64,000 nucleotides of DNA from Nitrosopumilales archaeon (GCA_044507735.1 JBIQJB010000001.1:128001-192000); one strand, 5' to 3'; positions 1-10,838 are shown, numbered from the stretch's first letter. Translations and numbers: made by a program. Notes: generated from the letters alone by a model not told the origin.

Positions 1-165
1 AAGTATGCTGGTGGTTGCACGCGCGCACTGCGAGACGGAGAGAGAGGGGCTTGGCAGCCCGCAAGATGACATCGTTTTTGCCTTCTGTTTGGACTTGAGA
101 CGTCCGAATGCGAGCGCCGCCTCAAGGGAGACATAACATTTTATCTCGGTCAAATTGTCAGATAG

Positions 166-1353
166 GTGTCTAGCTTGAAAGTATCTGAGAGGACACATGG
201 CGTCGAGTACGCAATCCGCGATATCGCCACCTACGCACGAAAATATAAGGCATCCGGCAAGGAAATAATCTATCTCAACATAGGGGATCCTGTCAAGTTT
301 GATTTCAAGACTCCAGACCACATCAAGAAGGCCCTAGTCGACGCAGTCATGCGCGACGAGAATTATTACACCGAGTCTGAGGGACTGCCAGAGCTCCGTC
401 AGGCGATCGTAGAGAAAGAGTCCGAGAAGGGGCTGGATGTGACGCAAGAAGATGTCATTGTCACAAACGGGGTGTCCGAAGGGCTCGACATGACTATGGC
501 ATCTATAGTAGACCCAAACAGCGAAGTTCTGATGCCTGGTCCCTACTATCCTCCATATTCGTCATATGTCAAGTTCTATGGCGGCAAGCCAGTCGAATTC
601 AAGTTGCATCCTGATGGCAGGCCGGACCTCGAAGATCTAAGGTCAAAGATAACACCTAGGTCGCGGGCGCTGTGCATCATCAGCCCAAACAACCCTACTG
701 GAGAGGTATTTGATAGAAAGAGCTTGCAGCAACTCGTGGATATTGCCACAGAACATGACCTCTATGTCATTTGCGACGAGATATATGATAAGATAGTTTT
801 CGATTCCCAGTTCACTGGCATAGGCAAGGTGGCCAAGGATGCTCCTGTGATCCTGCTAAATGGTTTTTCAAAGGCATATCTGATGAGCGGATGGCGCTGC
901 GGCTATATTGCCATGAACAGCAACTCCAAAAAGCTTGCAAGTCTGCGCGAAGACATACCAAAACTTGCTCGCGTGAGGATCGCCGCAAACCTGCCGGTGC
1001 AGATAGCTGCCGTCCAAGCACTCAAGGGTCCTCAGACACACATACCAAAGATGGTTGAAAAACTTAGGTCTAGACGCGATTATGTAGTCAAGCGACTCAA
1101 CGCAATGGGAATGCAATGCAGGCTGCCGCGTGGAGCATTCTATGTCTTCCCAAAGCTCAACCTTGGAAACAGGTGGAAAGATGACCAGCATTTTGTAATC
1201 GACCTCCTTAACAACACGGGCGTCCTGACGGTGCACGGGTCTGGCTTTGGATCGGCCTATGGCGCAGGTCATTTCAGAATAGTCTACCTGCCGCCAGAAG
1301 AGTTGTTGGAAAAGGCGATGGACAAACTGGAGAGCTTTGTGAACAGCAAGTAG
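166..1353 (+). CDS. PLP-dependent aminotransferase class I/II (alanine/aspartate aminotransferase-like)
   Basis: Motifs LNIGDP, PNNPTG, DEIY and GFSKAYLMSGWRCGY (PLP lysine). Confidence 0.92.
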   Translation: MSSLKVSERTHGVEYAIRDIATYARKYKASGKEIIYLNIGDPVKFDFKTPDHIKKALVDAVMRDENYYTESEGLPELRQAIVEKESEKGLDVTQEDVIVTNGVSEGLDMTMASIVDPNSEVLMPGPYYPPYSSYVKFYGGKPVEFKLHPDGRPDLEDLRSKITPRSRALCIISPNNPTGEVFDRKSLQQLVDIATEHDLYVICDEIYDKIVFDSQFTGIGKVAKDAPVILLNGFSKAYLMSGWRCGYIAMNSNSKKLASLREDIPKLARVRIAANLPVQIAAVQALKGPQTHIPKMVEKLRSRRDYVVKRLNAMGMQCRLPRGAFYVFPKLNLGNRWKDDQHFVIDLLNNTGVLTVHGSGFGSAYGAGHFRIVYLPPEELLEKAMDKLESFVNSK

Positions 1354-1367
1354 TTCCTCTATCTTCT

Positions 1368-2843
1368 CTAGTCTTTTTTTGGCGGGCTTGTGTGGGCCAC
1401 TGCGGCGGGCGCTTCTTTTCGCCGGGTCACTGCTAATGCCAGAGCGACAGACGAGAGTGAAATCACGGCAGCCACGAGGAAGATAAGCTTGTATGCTTCT
1501 TGGGTCGGGAACTGTCCCTCCACTCCCTCTATGGTTCCCATATTCGTCTCCTGCAATATGCCTGCAGATGCCGGACCAACAGACATTCCAACCAGATTTA
1601 GTAAAAGTGTCATTCCCAAGGCTATTCCTGTCATTTGCATCGACACCGAAAGGAGAATTACATTAAACGCACCAGTGATTGAAAGCGACAACCCGGCGGC
1701 AAGTATTGTGAGCCCAGTTGAAACCATCACTTCGGTGGAGTGGAACATGAGCAGAATAAAGAAACCGACTGCACTGATTGATGTGCCAATCAGTGTAAGC
1801 TTGGTGTTCTTGATTTTCTTCAGCACAAAGCCTGACATGATTGTCCCCATGAGCAATACTATCATGAATGGCAACTGTACGCTGGCGGCTTCAACCGCAT
1901 CTCCTCCAAATCCAAGAGGTTCGGGACTCCTTACCATGACAGGGATCGTCAGGTACACCATGAAAATGGACATGAATGTAGCCATGAGAATGATTGTCGG
2001 AAGAAGGAAATTCCTGTTGCTCATTAGCCTAAAGTCCAGCAGAGGCGACCTTGCTCTTCTCTCGATGGTTGCAAATGCTGCAAGTGACGCACCTGAGGAC
2101 GCAAAGAGGATTGCGGCTTGATACCATGCGCCTTCGCTATGGGTTTCCAGGAATGTTACACCTGCCAGAAATGTAATTATCGTAGCCGCCAGAGCCAGCG
2201 TCCCCTTTACATCGACTGTTCTGTTTTCAGCCCGATTGTTGTCATAATGGTTTGATGTCGAACTTGGTATGTGAACAAATTTTACTATTATGAACCATAG
2301 CACTATTGCCGCAGGAAGTATCGCCAAGAATGTTGCCTGCCATCCAAAGTACTGGATAATTGCTGCACCTCCTAGCAAGCCTACAACAGCTCCTCCTGAA
2401 AAAGTTGAGCTGAATATGGTCTGGCCTATAGCTAGCTTGTTCTCGGGAAAAACCTCTCTTATGATTCCAAATGCGATGGGGAACATGGCCATGCCAATGC
2501 CCTGCGCAGCCCTGGCAGCTAACATAAATTCGAAGTTTGTGGCAACTCGTCCCGCAAGGATGCCAACCGTGTAGGCCGCCATCACTATGAGCAGAATCTT
2601 TTTCTTGCCATAGATATCCGACAGTCGGCCGCCAATTGGCGTCATCACTGCTGCCGCGATTATGTAGGCAGAGAGCAGCCATGACGACATACTATATGAT
2701 ATGTTGAACTCGCGGATGAAATCCGGGATAGCCGGCAAAATCATCGTCTCGTCAAACATCACAATCAGTCCAAGACAGCTCAGAATGATGAGCGTTCTCC
2801 ATACAGATCGATTGGTCATACCCTGTTTCTCTATTCTATCCAC
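1368..2843 (-). CDS. MFS transporter, DHA2-like 14-TM drug/H+ antiporter
   Basis: MFS motif A (GRLSDIYGKK), RAAQGIG, about 14 hydrophobic segments. Confidence 0.9.
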   Translation of the reverse strand: MDRIEKQGMTNRSVWRTLIILSCLGLIVMFDETMILPAIPDFIREFNISYSMSSWLLSAYIIAAAVMTPIGGRLSDIYGKKKILLIVMAAYTVGILAGRVATNFEFMLAARAAQGIGMAMFPIAFGIIREVFPENKLAIGQTIFSSTFSGGAVVGLLGGAAIIQYFGWQATFLAILPAAIVLWFIIVKFVHIPSSTSNHYDNNRAENRTVDVKGTLALAATIITFLAGVTFLETHSEGAWYQAAILFASSGASLAAFATIERRARSPLLDFRLMSNRNFLLPTIILMATFMSIFMVYLTIPVMVRSPEPLGFGGDAVEAASVQLPFMIVLLMGTIMSGFVLKKIKNTKLTLIGTSISAVGFFILLMFHSTEVMVSTGLTILAAGLSLSITGAFNVILLSVSMQMTGIALGMTLLLNLVGMSVGPASAGILQETNMGTIEGVEGQFPTQEAYKLIFLVAAVISLSSVALALAVTRRKEAPAAVAHTSPPKKD

Positions 2844-3391
2844 AGACCATCAACTAGTCCCGTTCTGAAATTCCGCGAAATAGCTCCCGCGGAATTCGAA
2901 AGAAACTCACAACCAGTTCTACAGTCTGGCCCAACTAATAAATCCAGTAGTAGTGCATTACTGACTGGTCAGAACTGCCTGTGTATTAGCAAGAGCCTTC
3001 TTGCTAAAGCCGTGGCGACAGCTCCCATCGCTTTCACTTGGTCAAGCCTCTTGCTGAAGCCCCGTTTATGATTCTGCCATGACTTTCCAATATTCGGCGT
3101 TCAGCAAAAAATTCCAGATGCACGCTGAAGGGGTCAAGAAAGTATAGTACTTGCACATACATGCATGTCATTCTGGCCACCTAACCGTCGCCCCATGATC
3201 TTCCCAAGGTATTCGTTGGCCAGGACCCAGAATTTGTGCTTGCACAAAGATACAACCGTTCAGCAATGAACAGAGCTCAAGACACCTGCGGAATGTCTGA
3301 ATATTGGTCTGCCGTTCGGAGATAGGAAGTGCCCAACCGGGAGAGCCCGATCTGAGTTCCTGCGTCTAAGCGGTGAAAGAAACGAATCACG

Positions 3392-3820
3392 CTATAGTTC
3401 GGGGATTACGCCTACTCCTCTGAAAAGCCTCTTTGCTTCGTCTATTGACAGATCTGCGCTTGGAAGAATGATGTCTGATTTGATTATTTCATTTGAGCTT
3501 AACTGTCTGCCGTTTTTCATTACTACCTCGCTTAACTCTGTCAGCTTTCTTCTAAATTCGACATCGTCAGAACGCTCTGTACGCACCAGCTCTACAATTT
3601 CACTATCAATATCGCTGAGCTTCTTGAGCGTCCGTGCATCCACGGAGTATTGACCCTGACCCATTATCCTGATGATCCTACTTCCTGGTCTTTTCCCTTT
3701 TGCTGCGGCCGGAGCATTCTTCTTTGTGGATGGCTTGCGCTTAGGTGCTGCTCTCTTGGGACGCACCTTCCTCCTAAGCTTAACTGCGGATCTGCCCTTC
3801 ACCTTTGCTTTTCTGCTCAT
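3392..3820 (-). CDS. PspA-associated (PspAA-like) protein with basic N-terminal tail
   Basis: IIRIMGQGQY...SDIILPSADLSIDEA...GVIP pattern; first ~48 aa are K/R-rich. Confidence 0.7.
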   Translation of the reverse strand: MSRKAKVKGRSAVKLRRKVRPKRAAPKRKPSTKKNAPAAAKGKRPGSRIIRIMGQGQYSVDARTLKKLSDIDSEIVELVRTERSDDVEFRRKLTELSEVVMKNGRQLSSNEIIKSDIILPSADLSIDEAKRLFRGVGVIPEL

Positions 3821-3983
3821 TGTTGTGCCTCTCGCTCCGGCTCCCGTTCATCTTACACGCCTTCCCCGAGATTAACTTTGCTAATTGTGCTTGTAAATTG
3901 TCTTGTATTGTAAGTTTTGCTAATCGTGTCACAAATATTGATAAAAAATGAACTAAAGTTTTAAAATATTGGACTCAGTTGCT

Positions 3984-4304
3984 CTAGCGGTTCATCCGTC
4001 TCCACTCGTGTTCGTCCGGCGGCCCATAGTCTTCCTTTTTTCTGAAAAAGCCCCAGTAAAGCAAGATGCCTCCAATAACAATCATTGCTATCGCGAATTT
4101 TTCATTCGTCACTTGATTGTTGACAAAATTGTCCAGAAACAGCTGCCCGGGATCGCTCACCAAGCCGGCAGAATGGTCAATGTAAAAGAGCAAAAAGTTT
4201 CTGATAAGTATGATCGCGGCGCTTACCATGAATAGGACGCCCATTGCGGACATCCAGTTTCTCCCTCTCTTTGGCCCGCCACCTATCTCTTCCTTCCACC
4301 TCAT
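3984..4304 (-). CDS. small two-TM membrane protein, hypothetical
   Basis: Two hydrophobic helices; lies downstream of the F420 reductase on the same strand. Confidence 0.6.
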   Translation of the reverse strand: MRWKEEIGGGPKRGRNWMSAMGVLFMVSAAIILIRNFLLFYIDHSAGLVSDPGQLFLDNFVNNQVTNEKFAIAMIVIGGILLYWGFFRKKEDYGPPDEHEWRRMNR

Positions 4305-4362
4305 ATGGTAACATTGTTGTAGAGAAAGGTATTGCTGATAATGTTTGCGTTCGCCTTTGTGT

Positions 4363-5034
4363 TCAGGTCAGCTTTACGCCGGGGTTCTTCAACTTGTTCC
4401 TCCTTGCTGCATTTAAGAGCATTGGGGTCAATATTTCGGCTTGATATGTGAGGGCAAGCGGTCCTAAGTAGACCTGGCGCAGGCCAGAGATCTCTGAAAC
4501 AAGTTCTGCCAGCTTTGCAATGACAGCCGGATCGTCGCCGCAAACAAATGTGTCAGCGTCGAGGCTATGGCCAACGTTTTTTAGTTTCACTTCTGATATG
4601 GTGTGAAAAGCAGAAACTACTCTGGATCTCGGCGGCAGCCTGTCAGCGACCATTTCAGCAGCTTGCATCTTGCCCTGATCAATTGGGATATAGACAAAGC
4701 CTGCCTCGGTCTTAGCCATAGGTACTATTGGGGAGACTACGACACAATCGTCACGGATCTTACCGGCCAGCCTGCTGCATGTGTCGTCGATAGTCTCGTA
4801 CGGTATCGAAAGTATCAGGACGTCGACGTCTTTTCCAAGGGCAATGTTGTCATCGCCGGTTATGCTGCCTTCGATTGTCCCAAAGGCTGCCCGGGCCGCC
4901 TGGTTATATTTCTCTGCAGCCTCCTTCGCCTTCTGGACATCTCTAGATCCAACAATCACATCGTGTTTCTTGCACCAGCGGAGTGCAAAACCTTCCCCCA
5001 TTCCGCCAGTGCCGCCCACTATGCCTATCCGCAT
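4363..5034 (-). CDS. npdG: NADPH-dependent F420 reductase
   Basis: MRIGIVGGTGGMGEGFALRW, VIVGSR, VVSAFHTIS, DTFVCGDD; ATG at 5034 preferred over GTG at 5046. Confidence 0.88.
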   Translation of the reverse strand: MRIGIVGGTGGMGEGFALRWCKKHDVIVGSRDVQKAKEAAEKYNQAARAAFGTIEGSITGDDNIALGKDVDVLILSIPYETIDDTCSRLAGKIRDDCVVVSPIVPMAKTEAGFVYIPIDQGKMQAAEMVADRLPPRSRVVSAFHTISEVKLKNVGHSLDADTFVCGDDPAVIAKLAELVSEISGLRQVYLGPLALTYQAEILTPMLLNAARRNKLKNPGVKLT

Positions 5035-5370
5035 ATACAGTGCCACCCACGTGTATTCACGATATTAATGTTGCATCGCCTTGTCTTTTCTCTCCCAGCC
5101 TTTTTCTCCTTGAGTCCTCTTCCAATCCATTGCTTTGCAGAAGTAGAATCGGCGCAACTGCCATGACTGTTATGACTGCCACAACCATCATCGTAGATAG
5201 CATAGTCTGGAACGACTTGACTGCGCCACATAAGTCACTCTCTTTGGGTGCGCCAGTCTGCCATGGGTGACGTGTCGAAAGAGAAGTGCTCATCTTGGGA
5301 CAGGTTGGCCACGAAGCGCCGGCTTTGAGGCCGACCGTGCAACAATGGACATACAGCTAAAAATTATTAA

Positions 5371-6021
5371 GTGATTCGTCGTGCAATGGTTGAGCAATTG
5401 CCCCTAGTCATATTCATGCGGCACGGTCAAGCAGAAAATAACGTGAGCAGAACGCTAGTCGGGCGGCATATCGAGTCGCACCTTACAGAGCAGGGCAGGA
5501 ATCAGGTAATTGATACCGCCAAACAGCTGAGAAACATCCGGATAGACAAGATCTATGCATCACCTGTGATAAGAACAAGGGAAACAGCGCAAATCGTCGG
5601 CAGTGTACTTGGCATGGACTATGAAGTTGACGAGCGCCTGTACGAAATAGAACTGGGCAAACTCGTTGGCATGAACTATGAAGAGGTGACCACGAAATAC
5701 GGTGACCTTTTCTTAAGGTTCTATTCAGAACACGATCCCGTACTGGACAGTTTCGGAGTTGAGCCATTCTCCGCGGTCAAGCGGCGGGTAAAGAGCCTGC
5801 TCGAGGATGTCTTGCAGAAGCATGAGGACAACAACGTGCTGATGGTCACGCACCTTGATCCCATCAAGGCTGCACTTGCCACACTACTTGACCTAAAAGC
5901 AGAAGCACTGTACAAGTGGCACATACGTAATGCATCGCTTACGGTGCTCAAGCATGAAAGCAAGGTATTTTCTCTTTCAGGCGTAAACGTGATGGCGATA
6001 CACAGGTACCCAAACGAGTAA
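5371..6021 (+). CDS. histidine phosphatase / phosphoglycerate mutase family protein
   Basis: RHGQA, SPVIRTRETA, LYEIELG, VTH motifs; start may be ATG 5386. Confidence 0.9.
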   Translation: MIRRAMVEQLPLVIFMRHGQAENNVSRTLVGRHIESHLTEQGRNQVIDTAKQLRNIRIDKIYASPVIRTRETAQIVGSVLGMDYEVDERLYEIELGKLVGMNYEEVTTKYGDLFLRFYSEHDPVLDSFGVEPFSAVKRRVKSLLEDVLQKHEDNNVLMVTHLDPIKAALATLLDLKAEALYKWHIRNASLTVLKHESKVFSLSGVNVMAIHRYPNE

Positions 6022-6084
6022 GCCAAAACATTAAATAAGATTGGGAAACTGACTGATGATAGAAAAAAGGGGACGGGATAGAGA

Positions 6085-6363
6085 TTGCTTTCAAATTCCG
6101 CGATAGTTTTATTCCTGATTCCTGTTGTGGCTGCAACTCTTTTGGGCGTTGAATCAGCGTTTGCGCAACAAACCACCGACCAATACATAATTCACAGGAT
6201 AGAGATCTGGTCACTGTTCTACAGGGACATGGTTGTCGCCTTTGTAATAGGCGCAGTCGTCATGGGAACCATGTTCTATGTGGTATGGCGATTCCGCGAA
6301 TCACATCCAAAGAACAGGGGAGACATAACCCCTGCAAGGACAGAAGGAGGTGCACACCACTAG
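6085..6363 (+). CDS. small membrane protein of the thaumarchaeal cox cluster (resembles the N-terminal TM part of subunit II)
   Basis: Signal peptide, one TM helix and WRFRESHP; abuts coxB. Confidence 0.75.
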   Translation: MLSNSAIVLFLIPVVAATLLGVESAFAQQTTDQYIIHRIEIWSLFYRDMVVAFVIGAVVMGTMFYVVWRFRESHPKNRGDITPARTEGGAHH

Positions 6364-6858
6364 ATGGGTCACGCAACTTTGGAATGGGTCTACGTTGGAG
6401 TCGTCATCGCGACCTTGGTCTACATTGGCGCCGACGCGTGGAACATTGAAAGAATTTTGGAGCACGCACCAGAGGATTCTGAAGTCATCAGGGTAACTGG
6501 ACAGCAGTGGTTCTGGACTTTTGAACATGAAGATGGGACAAGAGAGATAGGCGAACTCCATCTGGTGAAAGGCAAACCTTACAGATTTGAGGTTACATCG
6601 CTGGACGTGATACACGCGTTCAACATCCCAGACTTCACCACAATGATAGATGCAGTACCTGGTAGGGTCAACACCGTGTGGCTTGTTCCCGATCAAGCAG
6701 GCCAATTCCTTATACAGTGTAGGGAATACTGCGGGTTCTCCCACTACCAAATGAGAGCGACTCTCATAGTTGAAGAGCCAGGTTCTGGGGGCGCTAATGT
6801 CACCAACGCAGCAGCAGACTTGACGGAAAGCAAAGGCGCAATTGCTGTTGCGAGCTAA
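6364..6858 (+). CDS. coxB: heme-copper oxidase subunit II (CuA)
   Basis: GQQWFWTF, DVIHAF, CREYCGFSHYQM CuA ligands. Confidence 0.95.
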   Translation: MGHATLEWVYVGVVIATLVYIGADAWNIERILEHAPEDSEVIRVTGQQWFWTFEHEDGTREIGELHLVKGKPYRFEVTSLDVIHAFNIPDFTTMIDAVPGRVNTVWLVPDQAGQFLIQCREYCGFSHYQMRATLIVEEPGSGGANVTNAAADLTESKGAIAVAS

Positions 6859-6861
6859 ACC

Positions 6862-6902
6862 ATTTTTTTGAATCTTTTTTACTTTTTTCAAACCTTTCTT
6901 TA
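6862..6902 (+). terminator. oligo-T archaeal terminator after coxB
   Basis: Several T6-T7 runs immediately after the stop codon. Confidence 0.55.
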
Positions 6903-7941
6903 TTAAGTCCTTGTGTAGGAATCCGACGCTCAAAAACTGCTCTTTTGCATTGTTAATCAACCCGTGAAAATAGGGTCTTCGTCTCTAAGCTACAATTTCG
7001 TTCCGACTGGCGCGCCGCATCGAGGCGATTCTAGGAATTGCTGAGTTATCGTTTCTGGCGTCTCGACGCACTGACGGTGCGAAGCACCCTCGTCCGCACC
7101 GATTCTGCAATCTCTCCATATGTCTTCTACATGGCTCATGCTAGCTTTTCATTTATCTGAATCAGACAGCCGCTGCAGTTCTACTGCTAGTTCCCTTGGA
7201 TATCATCTCATGGACTTGCCAGAAGAATCTCCTTTGCCGTGATTGTACGTTTCATACCTGTTCCTATCTTCGAGCTATGTAAAGTGCTCTTCTTGCCCTA
7301 TTGCGGATCTTCTTGTAGGACTAGACTGATATCGTTGCTTTCGTTTGTGGTTTTTTATCCGCATTTTCTTTTTGAACTCACCTGAGTCATACGCATCTCT
7401 CCTCGGTTGTCACACCCCCATCGAGACCTGCCCTTTCTTCATACCGTCGGCTGTTGCGCCGTGCATGCACAAAGTCAGCTAGTTGCACCTGATGCACCAC
7501 ACGATTGTTGTGTCACGTCTAATCCATTTCAACACAGCTGTCTGTGCATTGATATCTAGAATCTAGAATACGATAATCGACTTGTTACCCGCCTTTTTTC
7601 ATCAAAGTCGCCACCAAACTTTTCGACACACCGAGAAAGAATTGGTTGTATTGTGTATCGTGGAAGGCGTCCTGCTCACTTGCATGAGCTTTAACAGCTG
7701 CTCATGTGCCCTCCCACCGCAACTTGCAGCGAAATCCTGCATCTGGCTCCGAGTGCCTTATCCGGGAATCATCTCAACAGCGCCAGCTGATCATGAATCT
7801 GAGCGGCCATGTCAAGAGCACGAACTACATTCACTCAAGCATCCTTGGGAGACAGGTCAGTTCCGCAACCATGTACTAAAAACAAAATGCTTTTATTGAT
7901 ATCATAATCCATGTACGGGCAATAAGAGGGAGCGATGCTAG

Positions 7942-9468
7942 TTGGTTCTAGAGGTTAAAAAACCGCGTCCAATGTGGGAAATCCTTTTTTCAACTCACCA
8001 TACCGATGTCGGCTTACTCTACATCTACCTGTCCTTGGTCGCGTTCATTATCGGCGGCGCACTGGCCATATCCATACGCACAGAATTATTCATGCCAGGT
8101 GGCGGGGATGTAATTGCAGATTCCAACACTTTCCATAGGATATTCACAGTACACGGTACAACCATGCTCTTCCTGTGGGCCGTACCATTTGCATCAGGCA
8201 TTGGCAACTACCTGATCCCAATTATGGTCAGGTACAAAGACATGGCCTGGCCAAAGCTCAACGGAGTCGCGTTCTGGATGATCCCTGTTGGCTTTGCACT
8301 TATTTGGCTCGGCTTTGCAGATCTTAGCTGGAACGCCTATCCTCCTTACTCTATCATTAGAGCACCAGGACCCGCGGCAGAGATGTGGATCTTTGGGCTA
8401 AAGATACTTGGCATCTCCTCAATTCTAGGGGCCATCAACTTCATAGTTACCATCCTCAAGATGAAACATCCTGATCTACCTCTGATGAGGACTTCGCTTT
8501 TCGTCTGGGCCACACTGATAACTTCAATCATGATACTTGTGGCAATGCCAACCTTTGCGGCCGCGCTAATCATGCTGTACACAGACAGATTGGGGGTGTC
8601 CGGGTTCTTCAATCCCGCAATGGGTGGAGATCCTATAGCCTATCAGCACCTGTTCTGGTTCACGTTCCACCCAGAGGTGTACATCTTCATGATACCTGCC
8701 ATTGGCATTGCGTACGAGATCATACCCAAGTTCTCCAGAAAGCCTATCTTTAGCTATCAATCTGGGGTTACGGCATTTGTGCTACTCGGCATAGTTGGCT
8801 TTGCATCCTGGGCACACCACATGTACGCAACAGGCATGAGCTTCACTGAAAAGACAGTCTTCATGGTCGGCACACTAGCCGCGGTACCTGCATCGGCCAT
8901 GCACATCTTTAACTGGGTTGCAACGATGTGGGGCGGAAGGATCAGGTTCTCAGCACCAATGTCTTTTGTCGTTGGAGGGGTGGTCCTGTTCTTCTATGCA
9001 GGAGCCGGCGGTGTTGTCAACAGCGCCATGCCGCTAGACTTCCTTACACACGACAGCTACTGGGTAGTCGGACACATGCACCTGTTCCTGATGGGCATGA
9101 TTACGTTCGCCTTCATTGGATTCATCTTCTACCTGTTCCCGCTGATTACGGGAAGGATGTACCATGAGAAGGCTGCCATGATACAGTTCTGGCTCATGTT
9201 CGTAGGCGTCTCGCTGATCTTCCTCACGCAGCACATACTTGGTCTCTATGGACAACCTAGGCGCACGTTTGACTATGTGCCTGTAGAACCGCTGATAATC
9301 CTGAACCAGCTATCTACAATAGGCGCATGGATTACTGCAGTAGGAGCCGCGATGTTCCTGTGGAACATGATAAGGAGCGCTTACGCAGGCAAACCCGCCA
9401 AGATGGATGACCCATTCGAGATTGGTGAGCAGTACTATGACTACAGGCGGCGTGAGCCACACCACTAA
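7942..9468 (+). CDS. coxA: heme-copper oxidase subunit I
   Basis: THHTDVG, HGTTM, WFTFHPEVY, WAHHMY, VVGHMH ligands. Confidence 0.97.
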   Translation: MVLEVKKPRPMWEILFSTHHTDVGLLYIYLSLVAFIIGGALAISIRTELFMPGGGDVIADSNTFHRIFTVHGTTMLFLWAVPFASGIGNYLIPIMVRYKDMAWPKLNGVAFWMIPVGFALIWLGFADLSWNAYPPYSIIRAPGPAAEMWIFGLKILGISSILGAINFIVTILKMKHPDLPLMRTSLFVWATLITSIMILVAMPTFAAALIMLYTDRLGVSGFFNPAMGGDPIAYQHLFWFTFHPEVYIFMIPAIGIAYEIIPKFSRKPIFSYQSGVTAFVLLGIVGFASWAHHMYATGMSFTEKTVFMVGTLAAVPASAMHIFNWVATMWGGRIRFSAPMSFVVGGVVLFFYAGAGGVVNSAMPLDFLTHDSYWVVGHMHLFLMGMITFAFIGFIFYLFPLITGRMYHEKAAMIQFWLMFVGVSLIFLTQHILGLYGQPRRTFDYVPVEPLIILNQLSTIGAWITAVGAAMFLWNMIRSAYAGKPAKMDDPFEIGEQYYDYRRREPHH

Positions 9469-9487
9469 TAGTAGGAGAGATTGAGAA

Positions 9488-10345
9488 ATGTCACACGATG
9501 AACATGGACACGAGAACGAACCAATCATCCTGACCTCTGGCAGACGCATGGGTAAGGGGTTGATCATCATAGGCGTCACTATGGCAATAGGTGCTGCAAT
9601 ACTACTGCCATTCTTTGACGCAATGTTTTCGACTCCTCCACCGGTGACACAGATACGCGTTGAAAGGCCCCCCACCCAGCAGCCACCTGCACAAGCGGGA
9701 ACTACGACAATCACGATGCTGGCCGGAGCTGCAACGCAAGGGAACCCTGATTATGATCCAGATGCCGCACAAGTGCCGCTTGGCAACAAGATCGTATGGC
9801 ACAACGAAGATAATGTCCCGCATACTGCAACATCCGGAACTGGACCAACCGATCCTGCCTCTGGGGACTTGTTTGACACCAGCATCGTCCTAGCCGGCGA
9901 GAGCTCGAGTCCTGTTGAACTGACAGGTGTAAGCGAAGGTGACACCATAGATTACTACTGTACTGTCCACCCGTACATGGTAGCCACCATTACCGTGGTC
10001 GCAGCTGAAGAAGGTGGCAGTGGCAGCAGTGGCGATGATGCCGCAGCTGGACCTACAATCACCATCCCTTCAGGAGCAGCAGTGCAAGGCAATACGGCAT
10101 ACGAGCCGGCACAGCTGACTGCAAGTGCTGGGGCAGAAATCACTGTTGTAAACAACGACAACGTCCCCCACACCGTGACCTCTGGGACAGCGAACACAGA
10201 CCCTCAAAGGGGTACGCTCTTCGACACTAGCCTAATCAACGGTGGAGAATCCGGAAAAATATCCCTAGCTGACGTCGCCCCTGGGCAGTATGACTTCTTC
10301 TGCATTGTGCACGAATATATGAAGGGCGTGCTCATAGTAGAATAG
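9488..10345 (+). CDS. membrane-anchored blue (type 1) copper protein with two cupredoxin domains
   Basis: Two copies of PHT-x-TSG ... C-x2-H-x2-M (CTVHPYM, CIVHEYM); N-terminal TM helix. Confidence 0.9.
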   Translation: MSHDEHGHENEPIILTSGRRMGKGLIIIGVTMAIGAAILLPFFDAMFSTPPPVTQIRVERPPTQQPPAQAGTTTITMLAGAATQGNPDYDPDAAQVPLGNKIVWHNEDNVPHTATSGTGPTDPASGDLFDTSIVLAGESSSPVELTGVSEGDTIDYYCTVHPYMVATITVVAAEEGGSGSSGDDAAAGPTITIPSGAAVQGNTAYEPAQLTASAGAEITVVNNDNVPHTVTSGTANTDPQRGTLFDTSLINGGESGKISLADVAPGQYDFFCIVHEYMKGVLIVE

Positions 10346-10356
10346 TAGTAGCAAAA

Positions 10357-10803
10357 ATGCTGCTCAGAGCCCTCTCTTTTTCTACTCTTGCTGTTCTTTT
10401 CTCTTTGATATTTATCGGCGGATATGTTAGTGCCACAGGCGTCGGCCTGTCGTGTCCAGACTGGCCACTATGCCCACAGGGCCTGCTGCCCCACGAAGAC
10501 TTTATCATCGAATACATCCACAGGTCGGTGGCAGCTACTGTCGGCGTGCTTGTGATCGCCACTATGGCATTCACGCTCAAGTCAAAAGAATCTCCAAAGG
10601 GGATGAAAATTGCATCCATCATCGCAGCTGGCGCAGTAGTGGGACAGATTACACTGGGAGCAATAGTGATTGTGGAGCGCTTGCATGCATTGCTCGTCAC
10701 GACACATCTTGGACTTGGGATCGTCCTCTTTTCAATGGTGCTTATGACTGTCCTTTACGCACACAGAATCGAAGGAAAGAGGGCACTGGTCAAGACACAG
10801 TAA
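10357..10803 (+). CDS. ctaA: heme A synthase, short 4-TM (COX15/CtaA) type
   Basis: GLSCPDWPLC, EYIHR, TTHLG. Confidence 0.9.
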   Translation: MLLRALSFSTLAVLFSLIFIGGYVSATGVGLSCPDWPLCPQGLLPHEDFIIEYIHRSVAATVGVLVIATMAFTLKSKESPKGMKIASIIAAGAVVGQITLGAIVIVERLHALLVTTHLGLGIVLFSMVLMTVLYAHRIEGKRALVKTQ

Positions 10804-10838
10804 TATAATATACGGGCAAAGCAAACCTACTCTCACAA

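Noticed and set aside
1390-2121. Long antisense ORFs (also 22794-23447, 45824-46501, 58561-59166 and others)
   Set aside because: Shadows of well-supported genes on the opposite strand
7582-7899. 105-aa ORF before coxA
   Set aside because: TTG start, atypical composition and no motifs; probably spurious
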